A stretch of 27,882 nucleotides of DNA from Candidatus Thorarchaeota archaeon (GCA_011364905.1 RDNZ01000039.1:1-27882); one strand, 5' to 3'; positions 8,121 through 17,634 are shown, counted from the stretch's first letter. The notes: generated by a model not told the origin, from the sequence alone. Made by a program: numbers and translations.

Positions 8121-10099
8121 TATGTCCCATCAAGTCCCAATGACTTCATGAATGCATCAGTATTCATTTTTCTTCCCAGGAAGCTTTTGACCATATCATC
8201 AGGATCTAGACTTCCACCGGGGGCAAGTATTTTCCTACGGTATTCCGTGCCCGCATCAGGATTCATGAATCCATTGGCTTCAAACTTAGTAAAGATATCC
8301 TCAGCATAGGCTTTGGACCAAAGGTATGTGTAATAACCTGCAGTGTAGAGCGAGTTCATAAGATGTCCAAAACCAGCATCCATTCTGGTATCATCTGGCA
8401 TCTCATATCCAGTAATCTCTTCGAAAATCCTCCTGAAAACCTCACTAGTGTCTTCTGCGCCTTCTGTGTGATATATCATATCAATCAAGGAATAAGCGAC
8501 TTGCCTGAGTTGTAACGTGCCAATGTCAAGAAGCTTAGCATCAATCATTCGTTTAAGAAGATCTGATGGAAGTTTTTTCTCCGGATTCTTATAGTGTCTA
8601 GAGAGTTTGGTCAAGACCTCTTCTTTCCACGCCCAATTCTCAAACATCATGGAGGGGGTTTCACTGAAGTCTGAAAGCACTCCTCCGAGGCCGAATCTCG
8701 CGTAGTCTGTTTGATTGCTAATGACGTGCATTACATGGCCAAATTCATGAAAGAAGGTTTCAACATCATTGTGATTGAGAAGTGAAGGTCTTTCTTTTGT
8801 TGGCTTGTCAAAGTTTGTAACCAAGGCACAGATTGGAAGATAGGTTGTGCCATCCTTGACGCGTCTTTCAAGGAAGTTGAACATGGCATAGTGCTTGAAC
8901 TTGCCATCTCGTGGGTAGAGGTCCAGGAGAAACACTCCTAGAGTCTGTCCATTTGTCTTGTCTGTTACAGCAAACTCTCGTACATCATCATACCACACGT
9001 TTGGTTCGTTGACTTCCTTGAAATCAAGATTAAGCACCAACTGATAAACATCAAGCACCCCATTAATTACCGAGTCAATCGGAAAGTACTCTTTGATCTC
9101 ATTTTGGTCGACAGCATAAAGCTCTTTCATTAACATTTCATGATAGTAGAAGATATCCCAAAGTTTCATCGTTGTTTTTTCGAGCGGTGTATTCATTTCT
9201 TTTGATTTGAGTTCCCTAAGTCTGGCGGTTTCTTTCCCACTAAGTTTTGAGAGCTTTGTCTTTAGGTCATTCATGAAATCGAATACTCTCTGAGGAGTCT
9301 TTGCCATCTTCATTGATATGACATACTCCGCAAAGTTTGAAAATCCGAGGAGTTTCGCTTGTCGGTCTCTCAACGCAAGCGCATCAGATAGTCGTTGGCT
9401 GTTCTCAGCTCCGCCTCTCTGATAATAAGTAGTCATCATTCTCTTCCGAGTCTCGGGGTTCCTTGCGTAGTATACAACTGGAATATAGACGGGATAATCG
9501 AGGGGACAAAGGTATTTCTCCCCATCTTTCTCCAACGACTCATAGACAGGAGGGGGAACTCCTTGAAGCTCCTCCTTCGTGAAAGGTACGGTTGTAGTAA
9601 TCTCGTTAAGAACTCGTTGGAAATCTGATTCAAGAATCGAGATGTTGTTTGCTATCTCAAGGAATTCCTTCCGTTTGTCATCGTCAAGTGCCGCACCTTG
9701 ATGCCTAAACTGTTTGAGCGTCTTATCCAAGAGCATACGATCTTCTGGATTGAAAGAATCAATCTGAGGCTCAAGTTGAACAAGTACATCATAGAGGTCT
9801 TTTCTGCCCCACACCTCGTTGGCAAACTTACGAACCTCTTTCTCAATATCATCAGCCATATCACGTTGAGCTTTGTCAACGGCCACGTGTTTGATGAAAA
9901 GAATATAACCAAGAGGGAAGTCGGAACCCAATACCTCCTCAAACTTCAACAGCGTTTCAAGGCTAACTTTTTCAGCTGGAGTCTTGGCAATTTCATCAAG
10001 TTTTTTCTTTGCCTTTCCCAAATCGTCATCCGCGAGAGACCGCATCTTTTCGGGCGGAACAGTCCAATCTGGTTTCCGGATTACTACATGCTCTGTCAT
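8120..10099 (-). CDS. M3A family zinc oligopeptidase (thimet oligopeptidase/neurolysin-like)
   Basis: FFHEFGHVMH zinc motif, DFSETPSMMFENW (third zinc ligand), LDLYPRDGKFKH, AGYYTYLWS, ILAPGGS. Confidence 0.95.
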   Translation of the reverse strand: MTEHVVIRKPDWTVPPEKMRSLADDDLGKAKKKLDEIAKTPAEKVSLETLLKFEEVLGSDFPLGYILFIKHVAVDKAQRDMADDIEKEVRKFANEVWGRKDLYDVLVQLEPQIDSFNPEDRMLLDKTLKQFRHQGAALDDDKRKEFLEIANNISILESDFQRVLNEITTTVPFTKEELQGVPPPVYESLEKDGEKYLCPLDYPVYIPVVYYARNPETRKRMMTTYYQRGGAENSQRLSDALALRDRQAKLLGFSNFAEYVISMKMAKTPQRVFDFMNDLKTKLSKLSGKETARLRELKSKEMNTPLEKTTMKLWDIFYYHEMLMKELYAVDQNEIKEYFPIDSVINGVLDVYQLVLNLDFKEVNEPNVWYDDVREFAVTDKTNGQTLGVFLLDLYPRDGKFKHYAMFNFLERRVKDGTTYLPICALVTNFDKPTKERPSLLNHNDVETFFHEFGHVMHVISNQTDYARFGLGGVLSDFSETPSMMFENWAWKEEVLTKLSRHYKNPEKKLPSDLLKRMIDAKLLDIGTLQLRQVAYSLIDMIYHTEGAEDTSEVFRRIFEEITGYEMPDDTRMDAGFGHLMNSLYTAGYYTYLWSKAYAEDIFTKFEANGFMNPDAGTEYRRKILAPGGSLDPDDMVKSFLGRKMNTDAFMKSLGLDGT

Positions 10100-10272
10100 G
10101 GTTTCGAGGCAGCTATTTTCATATTTAAGGACCGCTTTGTCGGCGATTCCGGAGGCCTAGAGATAGGAAAACTTGGTTGTAATATGTTTTTTAAGGACTC
10201 ACGTATAATCCCATGCAAGTCAACCCCGTAAGTCATGTCTAGGGGTTGTGAACATTCAGGAGAATTAACAGC

Positions 10273-10833
10273 ATGGGTAAAGTAACCGACCCAATTGCCA
10301 AGAGGATCAGAAAGAAGGCTGCTAAGGACATCAAGGGTGGCTTCTTTGGTAAGATCACTCATTACATCCCCGGCTGGCACGGGTATCAAGAGAAGGAAGA
10401 ACGCCGCTCAGCTGACAAGGTCCTTCGTGAGTTTGTAGCTGACCAGCTTCGACTTGTCAAGCAAGACCTCGAAAAGCTGCAAATGATGGCGGTGGACTAT
10501 AATCTCAACAAGACGTGGGAAACATTCGACAGGATGCTTGCACTCACTGACAAGATTGAGTCAGCCATCAGGTATGCGGACTACGGATACGCCGCTTGGG
10601 GTTCGAAAGAGAAGATCAACGAGAAGGAGCTCGATCAAGTCTACGAGTTCGATGCAGTCATTATTGATGACATAGGTGCAATCAATGACGTCGCGGAGGA
10701 GTTCCAAGACGAAATGAACCAGGGCAAGTTTGACAGCGCCTGGGACTACACCTATCGTATGTGGACCATCATGCAGCGCCTCGAGGAGAAGTGGAATCAG
10801 CGAGAGGGCTACATGAAGGGCTACCAAGAATAA
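10273..10833 (+). CDS. Conserved helical hypothetical protein (IPGxxGY...ERRxADKxLR family)
   Basis: 186-aa ORF with a biased, C/G-ending codon pattern. The motifs IPGWHGYQEKEERRSADKVLR, IRYADYGY and YEFD recall an uncharacterised archaeal/bacterial family. Confidence 0.7.
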   Translation: MGKVTDPIAKRIRKKAAKDIKGGFFGKITHYIPGWHGYQEKEERRSADKVLREFVADQLRLVKQDLEKLQMMAVDYNLNKTWETFDRMLALTDKIESAIRYADYGYAAWGSKEKINEKELDQVYEFDAVIIDDIGAINDVAEEFQDEMNQGKFDSAWDYTYRMWTIMQRLEEKWNQREGYMKGYQE

Positions 10834-10845
10834 TTCATTATTATC

Positions 10846-10885
10846 ATTCCGGGGCAAATGCCCCGGAATTCTACTTCTTTTCTTT
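10846..10885 (+). terminator. GC-rich hairpin plus T-tract terminator
   Basis: ATTCCGGGGC-aaat-GCCCCGGAAT (10-bp perfect stem) followed by tctacttcttttcttt, 12 nt after the stop at 10833. Confidence 0.65.
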
Positions 10886-11040
10886 GTATCAGGATTGTGA
10901 AAGACAAGAAGGATAAGCAGTTTTTTCAATCATCAAGTATCATAAGAATTATTTCGCAAATAGCAATCAGCTGGAAGTTGATACCCATAGATTGTATCAC
11001 TTCAAACACTAATCTGGAACTCAGAAGGTAGGATTAAGCC

Positions 11041-12042
11041 TTGAACTACTCACGTATGATGAAGATAGCTGCTCGTTTTATTGGAATTGTCATCTTCATC
11101 TGCATCTTGACGGGGATAGACCTGCGGCGTATGATGACGACAGTCTTCTCAATTCCTCCTTTCTATGCCCTATTACTGGTTTTGAGTGTCTTGCCAATCA
11201 TGTTGCTGAGAGGAGCAAGATGGAAGGTCGTAGCCGAGGGTCTGGACTTGAACCTAGACACAAAAGAAGCAACTGAGGCATTGTGCTTAGCACAACTTGC
11301 GAATCTGGTAATTCCAGGAAGCTTTGGAGATCTGATCAGAATCCCCTATATGAAAACAAGAGGCAATCCAGCGGACCGGACTATAATCAGCATACTACTA
11401 GACGCAATTATCGGGTCAGTTTTTCCCTTTACCCTGGGAGTCTTGGCTTTAGCGGTTATTCTCGAGATCACACTAACAGTCGAAGCTCTATTGATTTGTG
11501 GATTATGGGTAGCAGGTGGGTACGCCTTCTATCGTATCATAAAAGCAACCCTCTGGTCAAGATTCATGCAAGCCCGACTGAAACGATTAATGGAGGAAGG
11601 CATCAGAGGGAGGTCGTTTTTCACTTTGAGCTCAATGATGAGGTCTATTGGTGGCAAGAGGATCGCGTTGAGTTTGTTTCTTGCACTGCTTTGGTTCATT
11701 GTCTACGTGACCCAAGCATATGTCCTTGCTCAAATATTGGGCGTGGAAGTTCACTGGGTGTATCTAGCCTTTACAATGGGAGTCACTATGATATTGATTG
11801 CAATACCCGTGACAATTCAGGGGCTTGGTCTAAGAGAAGGGGCGTTATTGTTCATGCTAACACGAATAGCAATAGATCCCGTGCTTGTTGTTTCCTTCTC
11901 ACTCACCTTGATGGTATTCAACATGACACCCGCAATTGCCGGATTGATTTTATGGTTTAGAAATCCCTTCGTTGACATAACTGACCAAGATGTGCTCGAT
12001 AATGATGCAGTTTTGCCTTCGGAGAATCTATTCGAAACATGA
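11041..12042 (+). CDS. Lysylphosphatidylglycerol synthase TM-domain / flippase-like protein (UPF0104/AglD2-like)
   Basis: Family motifs LRGARW, NLVIPGSFGDLIR and PVTIQGLGLREG; about 8 TM segments. The start may be ATG 11056. Confidence 0.85.
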   Translation: MNYSRMMKIAARFIGIVIFICILTGIDLRRMMTTVFSIPPFYALLLVLSVLPIMLLRGARWKVVAEGLDLNLDTKEATEALCLAQLANLVIPGSFGDLIRIPYMKTRGNPADRTIISILLDAIIGSVFPFTLGVLALAVILEITLTVEALLICGLWVAGGYAFYRIIKATLWSRFMQARLKRLMEEGIRGRSFFTLSSMMRSIGGKRIALSLFLALLWFIVYVTQAYVLAQILGVEVHWVYLAFTMGVTMILIAIPVTIQGLGLREGALLFMLTRIAIDPVLVVSFSLTLMVFNMTPAIAGLILWFRNPFVDITDQDVLDNDAVLPSENLFET

Positions 12043-12184
12043 ACTTGACGTTTGTATTGAAGATGCCAATTGGTAGATTCATTGCCCTTGTGAATATAAT
12101 CTTGAAATAGTGTTTTTTCATTTAGAAAAGAACAACCATATAACAAAAGCCAATTTAGGTTGGAGCTAAAATAAACAGACGGCG

Positions 12185-12484
12185 ATGATGCAGGGTCCAT
12201 ATCTAATAATCACTATAGGTGCTGAATTCTTTTTACTCGCGGGATTTTTATTCTATCTGATATTTCGTGCCTATATTTCTGAAGAAGATCGAGCTTCGTT
12301 GTTGGTATGGATTTCAGGACTCATTGGACTATACATCTTGGGCTTGGTTGTATCAATCACACTCGTGGCCGCAAGAATGACGATTAGAGATGTGGTAGTT
12401 GCATTAGCAATAGAAGCGGTCGATATAGTAGGATTGTACCTTATCATTGATGATACAGTAAGAATATCCAAAGCGTCTAGATGA
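12185..12484 (+). CDS. Small three-TM hypothetical membrane protein
   Basis: 99-aa ORF with three hydrophobic segments, filling an otherwise intergenic gap. Confidence 0.6.
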   Translation: MMQGPYLIITIGAEFFLLAGFLFYLIFRAYISEEDRASLLVWISGLIGLYILGLVVSITLVAARMTIRDVVVALAIEAVDIVGLYLIIDDTVRISKASR

Positions 12485-12494
12485 GAATAGACAT

Positions 12495-12905
12495 TCATTT
12501 ATCATCGGATATTTGGTCACCTAAATGAGTTACAAAGTCGTCCCATGCCATTCCCTTGAATTCTGTAAACCACATCGGGAACTTAGCAATGGCTTCCTCA
12601 ATGTTTAGCACAGTGAGCGTGTAATCTGGAGAGCCAGAATTCTCAACTTTCACGAATCCTGCTACATTTTGAATATCTTTGTCATAGAGCAATTCCTGAA
12701 AATGTTGGATCTTTTCATTGGTTGTCATAGGCTCTTGGGGATTGCTGATGAGGTCCAAGACGTCGTTGATTTTGCTAAAAAGCAAGAAGTTCACCCTCTT
12801 CTTTTCGAATTGAGAGGCAAGATCCTGCAGTGAGATTTCCATACTTTCCTGATCCCACATTATTATCCAGACTTCCATTAACTGATAGAGCGAGCTCGTG
12901 GTCAT
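12495..12905 (-). CDS. Hypothetical soluble protein
   Basis: 136-aa ORF of protein-like composition, tiling between neighbours with no overlap. Confidence 0.6.
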   Translation of the reverse strand: MTTSSLYQLMEVWIIMWDQESMEISLQDLASQFEKKRVNFLLFSKINDVLDLISNPQEPMTTNEKIQHFQELLYDKDIQNVAGFVKVENSGSPDYTLTVLNIEEAIAKFPMWFTEFKGMAWDDFVTHLGDQISDDK

Positions 12906-12950
12906 TGCAAATCAATTGCCAAAGGATTATTGTGAATAAATACTTGGCTG

Positions 12951-13214
12951 CTACTCAATGCCGAGATCTTTGAGAGCACGGTGCAATAGACGAATACTGA
13001 GAAGATGGTTGCACTTGTTACACGCAAATGTATCAGGACCTTGCCATGCGACACCTCTATTGAAATCAACAACACTTCCGCAGTTTGGACATTCTATCCT
13101 GTGACTCTGAGGGGATGAGAGAAACTTCTGTGTGACGGATTCAAAAGCTGGTAATTCATTCTGCTCAGGAATGGGATTTTTTTGATGGGCATGTCGGTTG
13201 CGAAATGATTCCAT
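12951..13214 (-). CDS. Small zinc-ribbon protein (CPNC...CNKC)
   Basis: Two CxxC pairs; GGTGA SD-like motif upstream of the ATG on the - strand. Confidence 0.65.
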   Translation of the reverse strand: MESFRNRHAHQKNPIPEQNELPAFESVTQKFLSSPQSHRIECPNCGSVVDFNRGVAWQGPDTFACNKCNHLLSIRLLHRALKDLGIE

Positions 13215-13390
13215 TCTCTTTCACCAATAAATTGGCTATGACTAAGCAAATTACAGTATAAGACTGAGCAATACAAACCTGGGGGTGATTGGAAGTTCTT
13301 TGTATATTGTCCTGAACCGGTTGCTAAGAAGAAAAGCTCACTGCAATTATTCTGGAAAGGCTCATTGAAAGACAATGGAAACAAGCGAGC

Positions 13391-13428
13391 AAAATAAAGA
13401 GAAGGAAAAGGAGATACTCCTCCTTCTC
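13391..13428 (-). terminator. Hairpin plus T-tract terminator for the 13446-14270 gene
   Basis: GAGAAGGA (13399-13406) pairs with TCCTTCTC (13421-13428), with an inner GGAG/CTCC stem; followed on - by TTTATTTT. Confidence 0.5.
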
Positions 13429-13445
13429 CAAACTATTCAGAATTA

Positions 13446-14270
13446 CTATTCAAACTTCTTTGCTATTTTCTCCATACCATAGATGAACAGTATGATTAGA
13501 AGAATGGCTCCAAGGTTTGTGTTCCCGAGATTGGATAGACCTGCGAAGAAGTCAATGGATGCAGATGGTCCGGCATAACCCCAGTAGTTGGCACCAGGAT
13601 AGGCTGTTGCATTGAATACAATACCTAATAGAAATACAAGAACCATTAGCATGTAGAAGACTTTGGCTAGATCACCAAAGTATCCACCGACTGTGTCACC
13701 CAGATACATCTTGAAGATGTTGAAGAGACCGTAGCACATGAGAATGAAAGCAAACGCAATCATGATGCCGCCGCCCATGTAAATGAATTGCGGCATTATG
13801 TGGTTAGCACTGGTCGATCCAATCATGGCATCCATGTCAAAGCCAGCATAGAATACCACGGCAAGAACAAGAAACAGACCTTTCAAGAAATGGAATGCAT
13901 TCTTTATCAGATCCCAGTTCCCGACTCTGTTCTCAATGAATGGTGCTATGAAGAATAGAAGTCCAGCCAAGAGAACCAGAACAGCAGCTGCAGCTTGTGT
14001 CGCGTCAACGACCATCCAAAGTATCGAGTTAATGATCAAAGAGAGTCCTAAGCAAATCCAAGCTGTGTTCTCTTTTCCTATGGCATAGTACATCGGGAAC
14101 AGAAGTCCGATTACTAGAGTAAAGTAGTATACCCATGTCAGCGCCACATTAGTTAGTACTTCAGCAGAAAGATATGTCCATGGAAGGTATATCAAGAAGA
14201 ACAGTGCTAATGCAATTGCGGACAGGTATTGAATTAGAGTCTTGAAATCCATTTGTTCACTCAAGCTCAT
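13446..14270 (-). CDS. Hypothetical multi-pass (about 8 TM) membrane protein
   Basis: Hydrophobic ORF. Start reassigned to ATG 14270 (MSLSEQ), which is preceded by the SD-like AAGGAGTGAA. Confidence 0.75.
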   Translation of the reverse strand: MSLSEQMDFKTLIQYLSAIALALFFLIYLPWTYLSAEVLTNVALTWVYYFTLVIGLLFPMYYAIGKENTAWICLGLSLIINSILWMVVDATQAAAAVLVLLAGLLFFIAPFIENRVGNWDLIKNAFHFLKGLFLVLAVVFYAGFDMDAMIGSTSANHIMPQFIYMGGGIMIAFAFILMCYGLFNIFKMYLGDTVGGYFGDLAKVFYMLMVLVFLLGIVFNATAYPGANYWGYAGPSASIDFFAGLSNLGNTNLGAILLIILFIYGMEKIAKKFE

Positions 14271-14537
14271 TTCACTCCTTTGGCCCAAAGGCCCACGCAG
14301 TAGCATAAAATAGTACGAAGTAGTATAAATTGGTGTTGTTTTAGTGAAAATAAATTCGACAAATGCCGAATTTTTGATATGAATCACGAGTTTCTCTCTG
14401 ACCCTTTTGATGGAATTGGCGCGCTTCGACTTTTAGAAAAACTCGTTCAATGATTAGATTTAGGTTTGAGAGAACCATACCCCTTTGGCATTGATCCGAA
14501 CCTCTCTGCTCTGGCTCATCACACTCTTTTTTTCGTG

Positions 14538-15812
14538 CTAAGCGAAAAATGTGAGCTGGAACTGATACATCACCCATAGTCCTACGAAAAAGAACATCAC
14601 AGACATTACAATGTACATTGAACGCGACATTCGTCCCTTGAATGCAAGGAGTCCAACCCAGGCCGACAGCATTGTCCTTGGTGATGCAATTCCAGAGATT
14701 CCTTCCATACTCAATACAACCCACATGAACAAAACGCCATAGAGTCCAAGTTCAACATCATCTTTGAGGAGGACTAGCGTCAGTACGAAGAAAGGTATAG
14801 TGAACATGTACCTCTGAAGCATCAGTAGAATTGGCTCTACTCCGGGATTGATCTGAGTGAAGTATCCCTCAAAGAACCATATGAACTGATTTATTGGAGT
14901 AGAGAGCGTGTCGCCAAACCAAGCATGGGCATCGAAGGCTGCGAAAAAGCTTCCAGTCAAAGATTGAAAGTATAGAAAAAGTGCACCGACACTAATGCCT
15001 GTAATCCCAAACCACAGCCACCTAATATCAAACGCTTTCAGAATGGATTTTTTCTCATGGTATCGATCAATCATCTTCGAGAGGAGGATGACGCCATAAA
15101 CAGCCACTAGTAATCCAGAGATGTATCTCGTGAGAACGGAAAGTGTTGTGAAAATAGCGCATGGTAGATATTGCTCCTTTTTGAAGAAGTACCATGAGGA
15201 AATCGCAAAGAACAGAAAAGGTGCTTCAGAGTATGCAAGTGTACTATAGGCGAAATATGTAGGAAACATACCAAAGACCAGAGCGAGTAAGCATGATTCC
15301 ACATAGTCTGTATACAGTCTTGCTACTTTGTAGAAGATGACTATGGAGAGGAAATAGAATACATTGGATACAATCACACCTGCCAAGTAAAGATTTCCGA
15401 CACCTCGAGCGACTGCCGCGACCATCCATGGATATACTGGTGCAAAAGCGAATAGAAGATCGCTCTCTACACCCGTAGGATATCCATTACGAGCAATCTC
15501 CAGAAAATGTTGCGAGTCCCATCGATTGGCGAGAGCTAGAAGTATTTCAGGAGTTCCTGTCATATCTGACGGATTGTAGGGATTTGTATAGAGCCAAGGA
15601 ATCAGATTGTCAGCTAGCATCCAATTAAGAAGTGAAACGAGGAGTAACTTGGCTAGTGCGAGAGATCCCAATACAATGATAAGGAGAACAGGAAATTTCG
15701 GCGAAGCCAACATCTGAACAAAGCTAGTATAGTAGCGCCTGAGTAACCCATGCTTTTTTGTCTCATCAGTTTCTGCCTTTTCCTGCAGTATTTTTTCATC
15801 CTCGTTGCTCAA
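14538..15812 (-). CDS. GT-C fold glycosyltransferase, PIG-V/Gpi18-like (GPI mannosyltransferase II family) homolog
   Basis: RWDSQHFLEIARNGY...FAFAPVYP...YSEAPF match the PIG-V-family WD/IAxxGY/AFxP/YSE motifs; multi-TM. Probable start TTG 15812 (GAGGG upstream, TTATATA box near 15862-15868); the ORF is open to 15947. Confidence 0.8.
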   Translation of the reverse strand: MSNEDEKILQEKAETDETKKHGLLRRYYTSFVQMLASPKFPVLLIIVLGSLALAKLLLVSLLNWMLADNLIPWLYTNPYNPSDMTGTPEILLALANRWDSQHFLEIARNGYPTGVESDLLFAFAPVYPWMVAAVARGVGNLYLAGVIVSNVFYFLSIVIFYKVARLYTDYVESCLLALVFGMFPTYFAYSTLAYSEAPFLFFAISSWYFFKKEQYLPCAIFTTLSVLTRYISGLLVAVYGVILLSKMIDRYHEKKSILKAFDIRWLWFGITGISVGALFLYFQSLTGSFFAAFDAHAWFGDTLSTPINQFIWFFEGYFTQINPGVEPILLMLQRYMFTIPFFVLTLVLLKDDVELGLYGVLFMWVVLSMEGISGIASPRTMLSAWVGLLAFKGRMSRSMYIVMSVMFFFVGLWVMYQFQLTFFA

Positions 15813-15986
15813 ACTATAACCCTCAACGGCGATTACTTGATTCTTTCGAGAACATTCACTTGTATATAACTGTGGTTTCAAGTGTAAATGCAAATCTGCC
15901 AAAGATGAAGTTAGGTCTGTAAACCAGAAATCCGAAAGGAGTGGCAAATAAATAGCGCTTTGTCATCATAACTTTAGTGACCGGGA

Positions 15987-16370
15987 GTGGACCAGCGACC
16001 TAGCGAACCGAATCATCAGCTGACCAAATCTGATGAGAAATTGGAAACACGTGTTGTAGCGGTAGCGAAAAACATGACTAGTCTGGTCTTGAAAAACATT
16101 GGAAAGGGTATGGATAGGAATCTCCTCCTGAAGCAGCACAGAAATTTAGTCGATGCTCTCGAGGAGTTATGGAATGAAGTGGAAAAAGGAGATGTCGTGG
16201 TTGATTGTCTCCCCCTACTCAGAACAGCCAGAAATGTATCGTGTCCAGAAATCAGCCGGAAACTCCATGCTCCAGATTTGGATCATGCAAAGATCATCAG
16301 AGACCTCAATCTTCTTGTGAACACATTCACGTATGTAATTCGGCCAAAGAACTCATGCAGCGATTTCTGA
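15987..16370 (+). CDS. Hypothetical helical protein
   Basis: 127-aa ORF with a GTG start, filling the gap before the MBL hydrolase. Confidence 0.55.
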   Translation: MDQRPSEPNHQLTKSDEKLETRVVAVAKNMTSLVLKNIGKGMDRNLLLKQHRNLVDALEELWNEVEKGDVVVDCLPLLRTARNVSCPEISRKLHAPDLDHAKIIRDLNLLVNTFTYVIRPKNSCSDF

Positions 16371-16429
16371 TTCAGGCTCAAGTAAAGGAAGACTGAATAC
16401 GTACTGAGTATCTGTGACTTGCGATAGAA

Positions 16430-17185
16430 ATGAAAGCAGTCATGTTAGGGACCGGTACTTCGTTTCCAGACCCACTTCGTGTGCAGTCAGGAATTCTTAT
16501 TGAGGATGGAAACCACAGGATCCTGCTGGATATCGGATCAGGTGTCCTTCATCGACTTACCCAACTTGCATTTGACATTAAGACCATCGATGCTGTTTTC
16601 ATCAGCCACTTTCATGTCGACCATTGCGCTGACTTCCTCCCCCTCTGCCAAAGCCTATGGTTAACTGGATTTGACGAAACCTTGAAGCTCTACGCACCTC
16701 CAACTGTAACTGAGTGGTCAAGAGGGTTGAGCGACATTTCCTTTACTTACCTTAGAGATAAAATTCGTATTGCTACAACTTCGTTGCAGGAGAATCAAGT
16801 AGTGTCTTTGGGAAACCTCAGGATTGTAGCAACTCCAACTCTTCATAGTAATTATGATACTCGAGCATTCAGGGTGGAGGGGAATGGAAAAAGCTTGACG
16901 TTCTCATCGGATACCGCTCCATGCAGAAACATCATTGATTTAGCTAAAGACACTGATGTATTGGTGCACGAGTGCAATTGGTTAGACGGAGTACATCGTG
17001 AAGGTATTCATACCAGTCCAAGCGAACTTGCTAGGATTGCTGAGGAGATCAACCCATCCAAGATAGTATTGACACATGTTTCTCCAGAGGTCGCGGTTGA
17101 AAGGGAAAAGGTCATAGAGATAGTGAGCAGGAGGACAACAGCAGAAGTCGTTATGGGGGAGGATCTTATGGCGGTTGGGATTTAG
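16430..17185 (+). CDS. Metallo-beta-lactamase fold hydrolase, RNase Z/BN (ElaC/AtsA)-like
   Basis: Motifs LGTGTSFP, LLDIGSG, SHFHVDH (HxHxDH), SSDT, VHEC and LTH. The short length suggests it lacks the tRNA-binding exosite arm. Confidence 0.85.
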   Translation: MKAVMLGTGTSFPDPLRVQSGILIEDGNHRILLDIGSGVLHRLTQLAFDIKTIDAVFISHFHVDHCADFLPLCQSLWLTGFDETLKLYAPPTVTEWSRGLSDISFTYLRDKIRIATTSLQENQVVSLGNLRIVATPTLHSNYDTRAFRVEGNGKSLTFSSDTAPCRNIIDLAKDTDVLVHECNWLDGVHREGIHTSPSELARIAEEINPSKIVLTHVSPEVAVEREKVIEIVSRRTTAEVVMGEDLMAVGI

Positions 17186-17187
17186 TT

Positions 17188-17634
17188 TCAGGGGTATTGG
17201 AAACCAGTTTTTCTTGGCCCATACATCCGTTTGATGTTAGCCATTCCGTAAACGCCTCCTAGGATGTACATTGGAGCCCAAGATGCAAGCCCCGTAAACT
17301 GCGGCCAGATGGGTGGAGGAAAGCCTTGGCTTATTGCAGCACCATTCACAACAAGCACAAAGAACCATACTATTGAGTAACAAAGGTTCACAATAGCAGC
17401 TATTCGAGCGAATCGAATCCCATAGGTCTTCACCACATGATGTGTGTCACGTATAAGGATGATTACGAAAAGCATGGTGAAAGCGATCAAAGCTGGGTAA
17501 TGAAATAACCAGAAGAGGATGTACCCAACAAGGACAAGTCCTGTGTAGATTACATATGTAGCAAGTGGATTGAACGGACGAGACCTGGGCATCAGGGGCT
17601 CAGATGGTTTTTGCTCAGCCGTTTCCTCACTCAT
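17188..17634 (-). CDS. Hypothetical four-TM membrane protein
   Basis: Four hydrophobic segments; ATG at 17634 (MSEET). Confidence 0.65.
   Translation of the reverse strand: MSEETAEQKPSEPLMPRSRPFNPLATYVIYTGLVLVGYILFWLFHYPALIAFTMLFVIILIRDTHHVVKTYGIRFARIAAIVNLCYSIVWFFVLVVNGAAISQGFPPPIWPQFTGLASWAPMYILGGVYGMANIKRMYGPRKTGFQYP

Noticed and set aside
9698-10389. Antisense and overlapping ORFs around the M3 peptidase start (9698-10231 +, 10096-10389 -)
   Set aside because: They overlap well-supported genes on the opposite strand and show no recognisable features.
11283-11960. 225-aa alternate-frame ORF inside the flippase-like gene
   Set aside because: Fully nested, Ser/Arg-rich with no motifs; a typical shadow frame of a hydrophobic gene.
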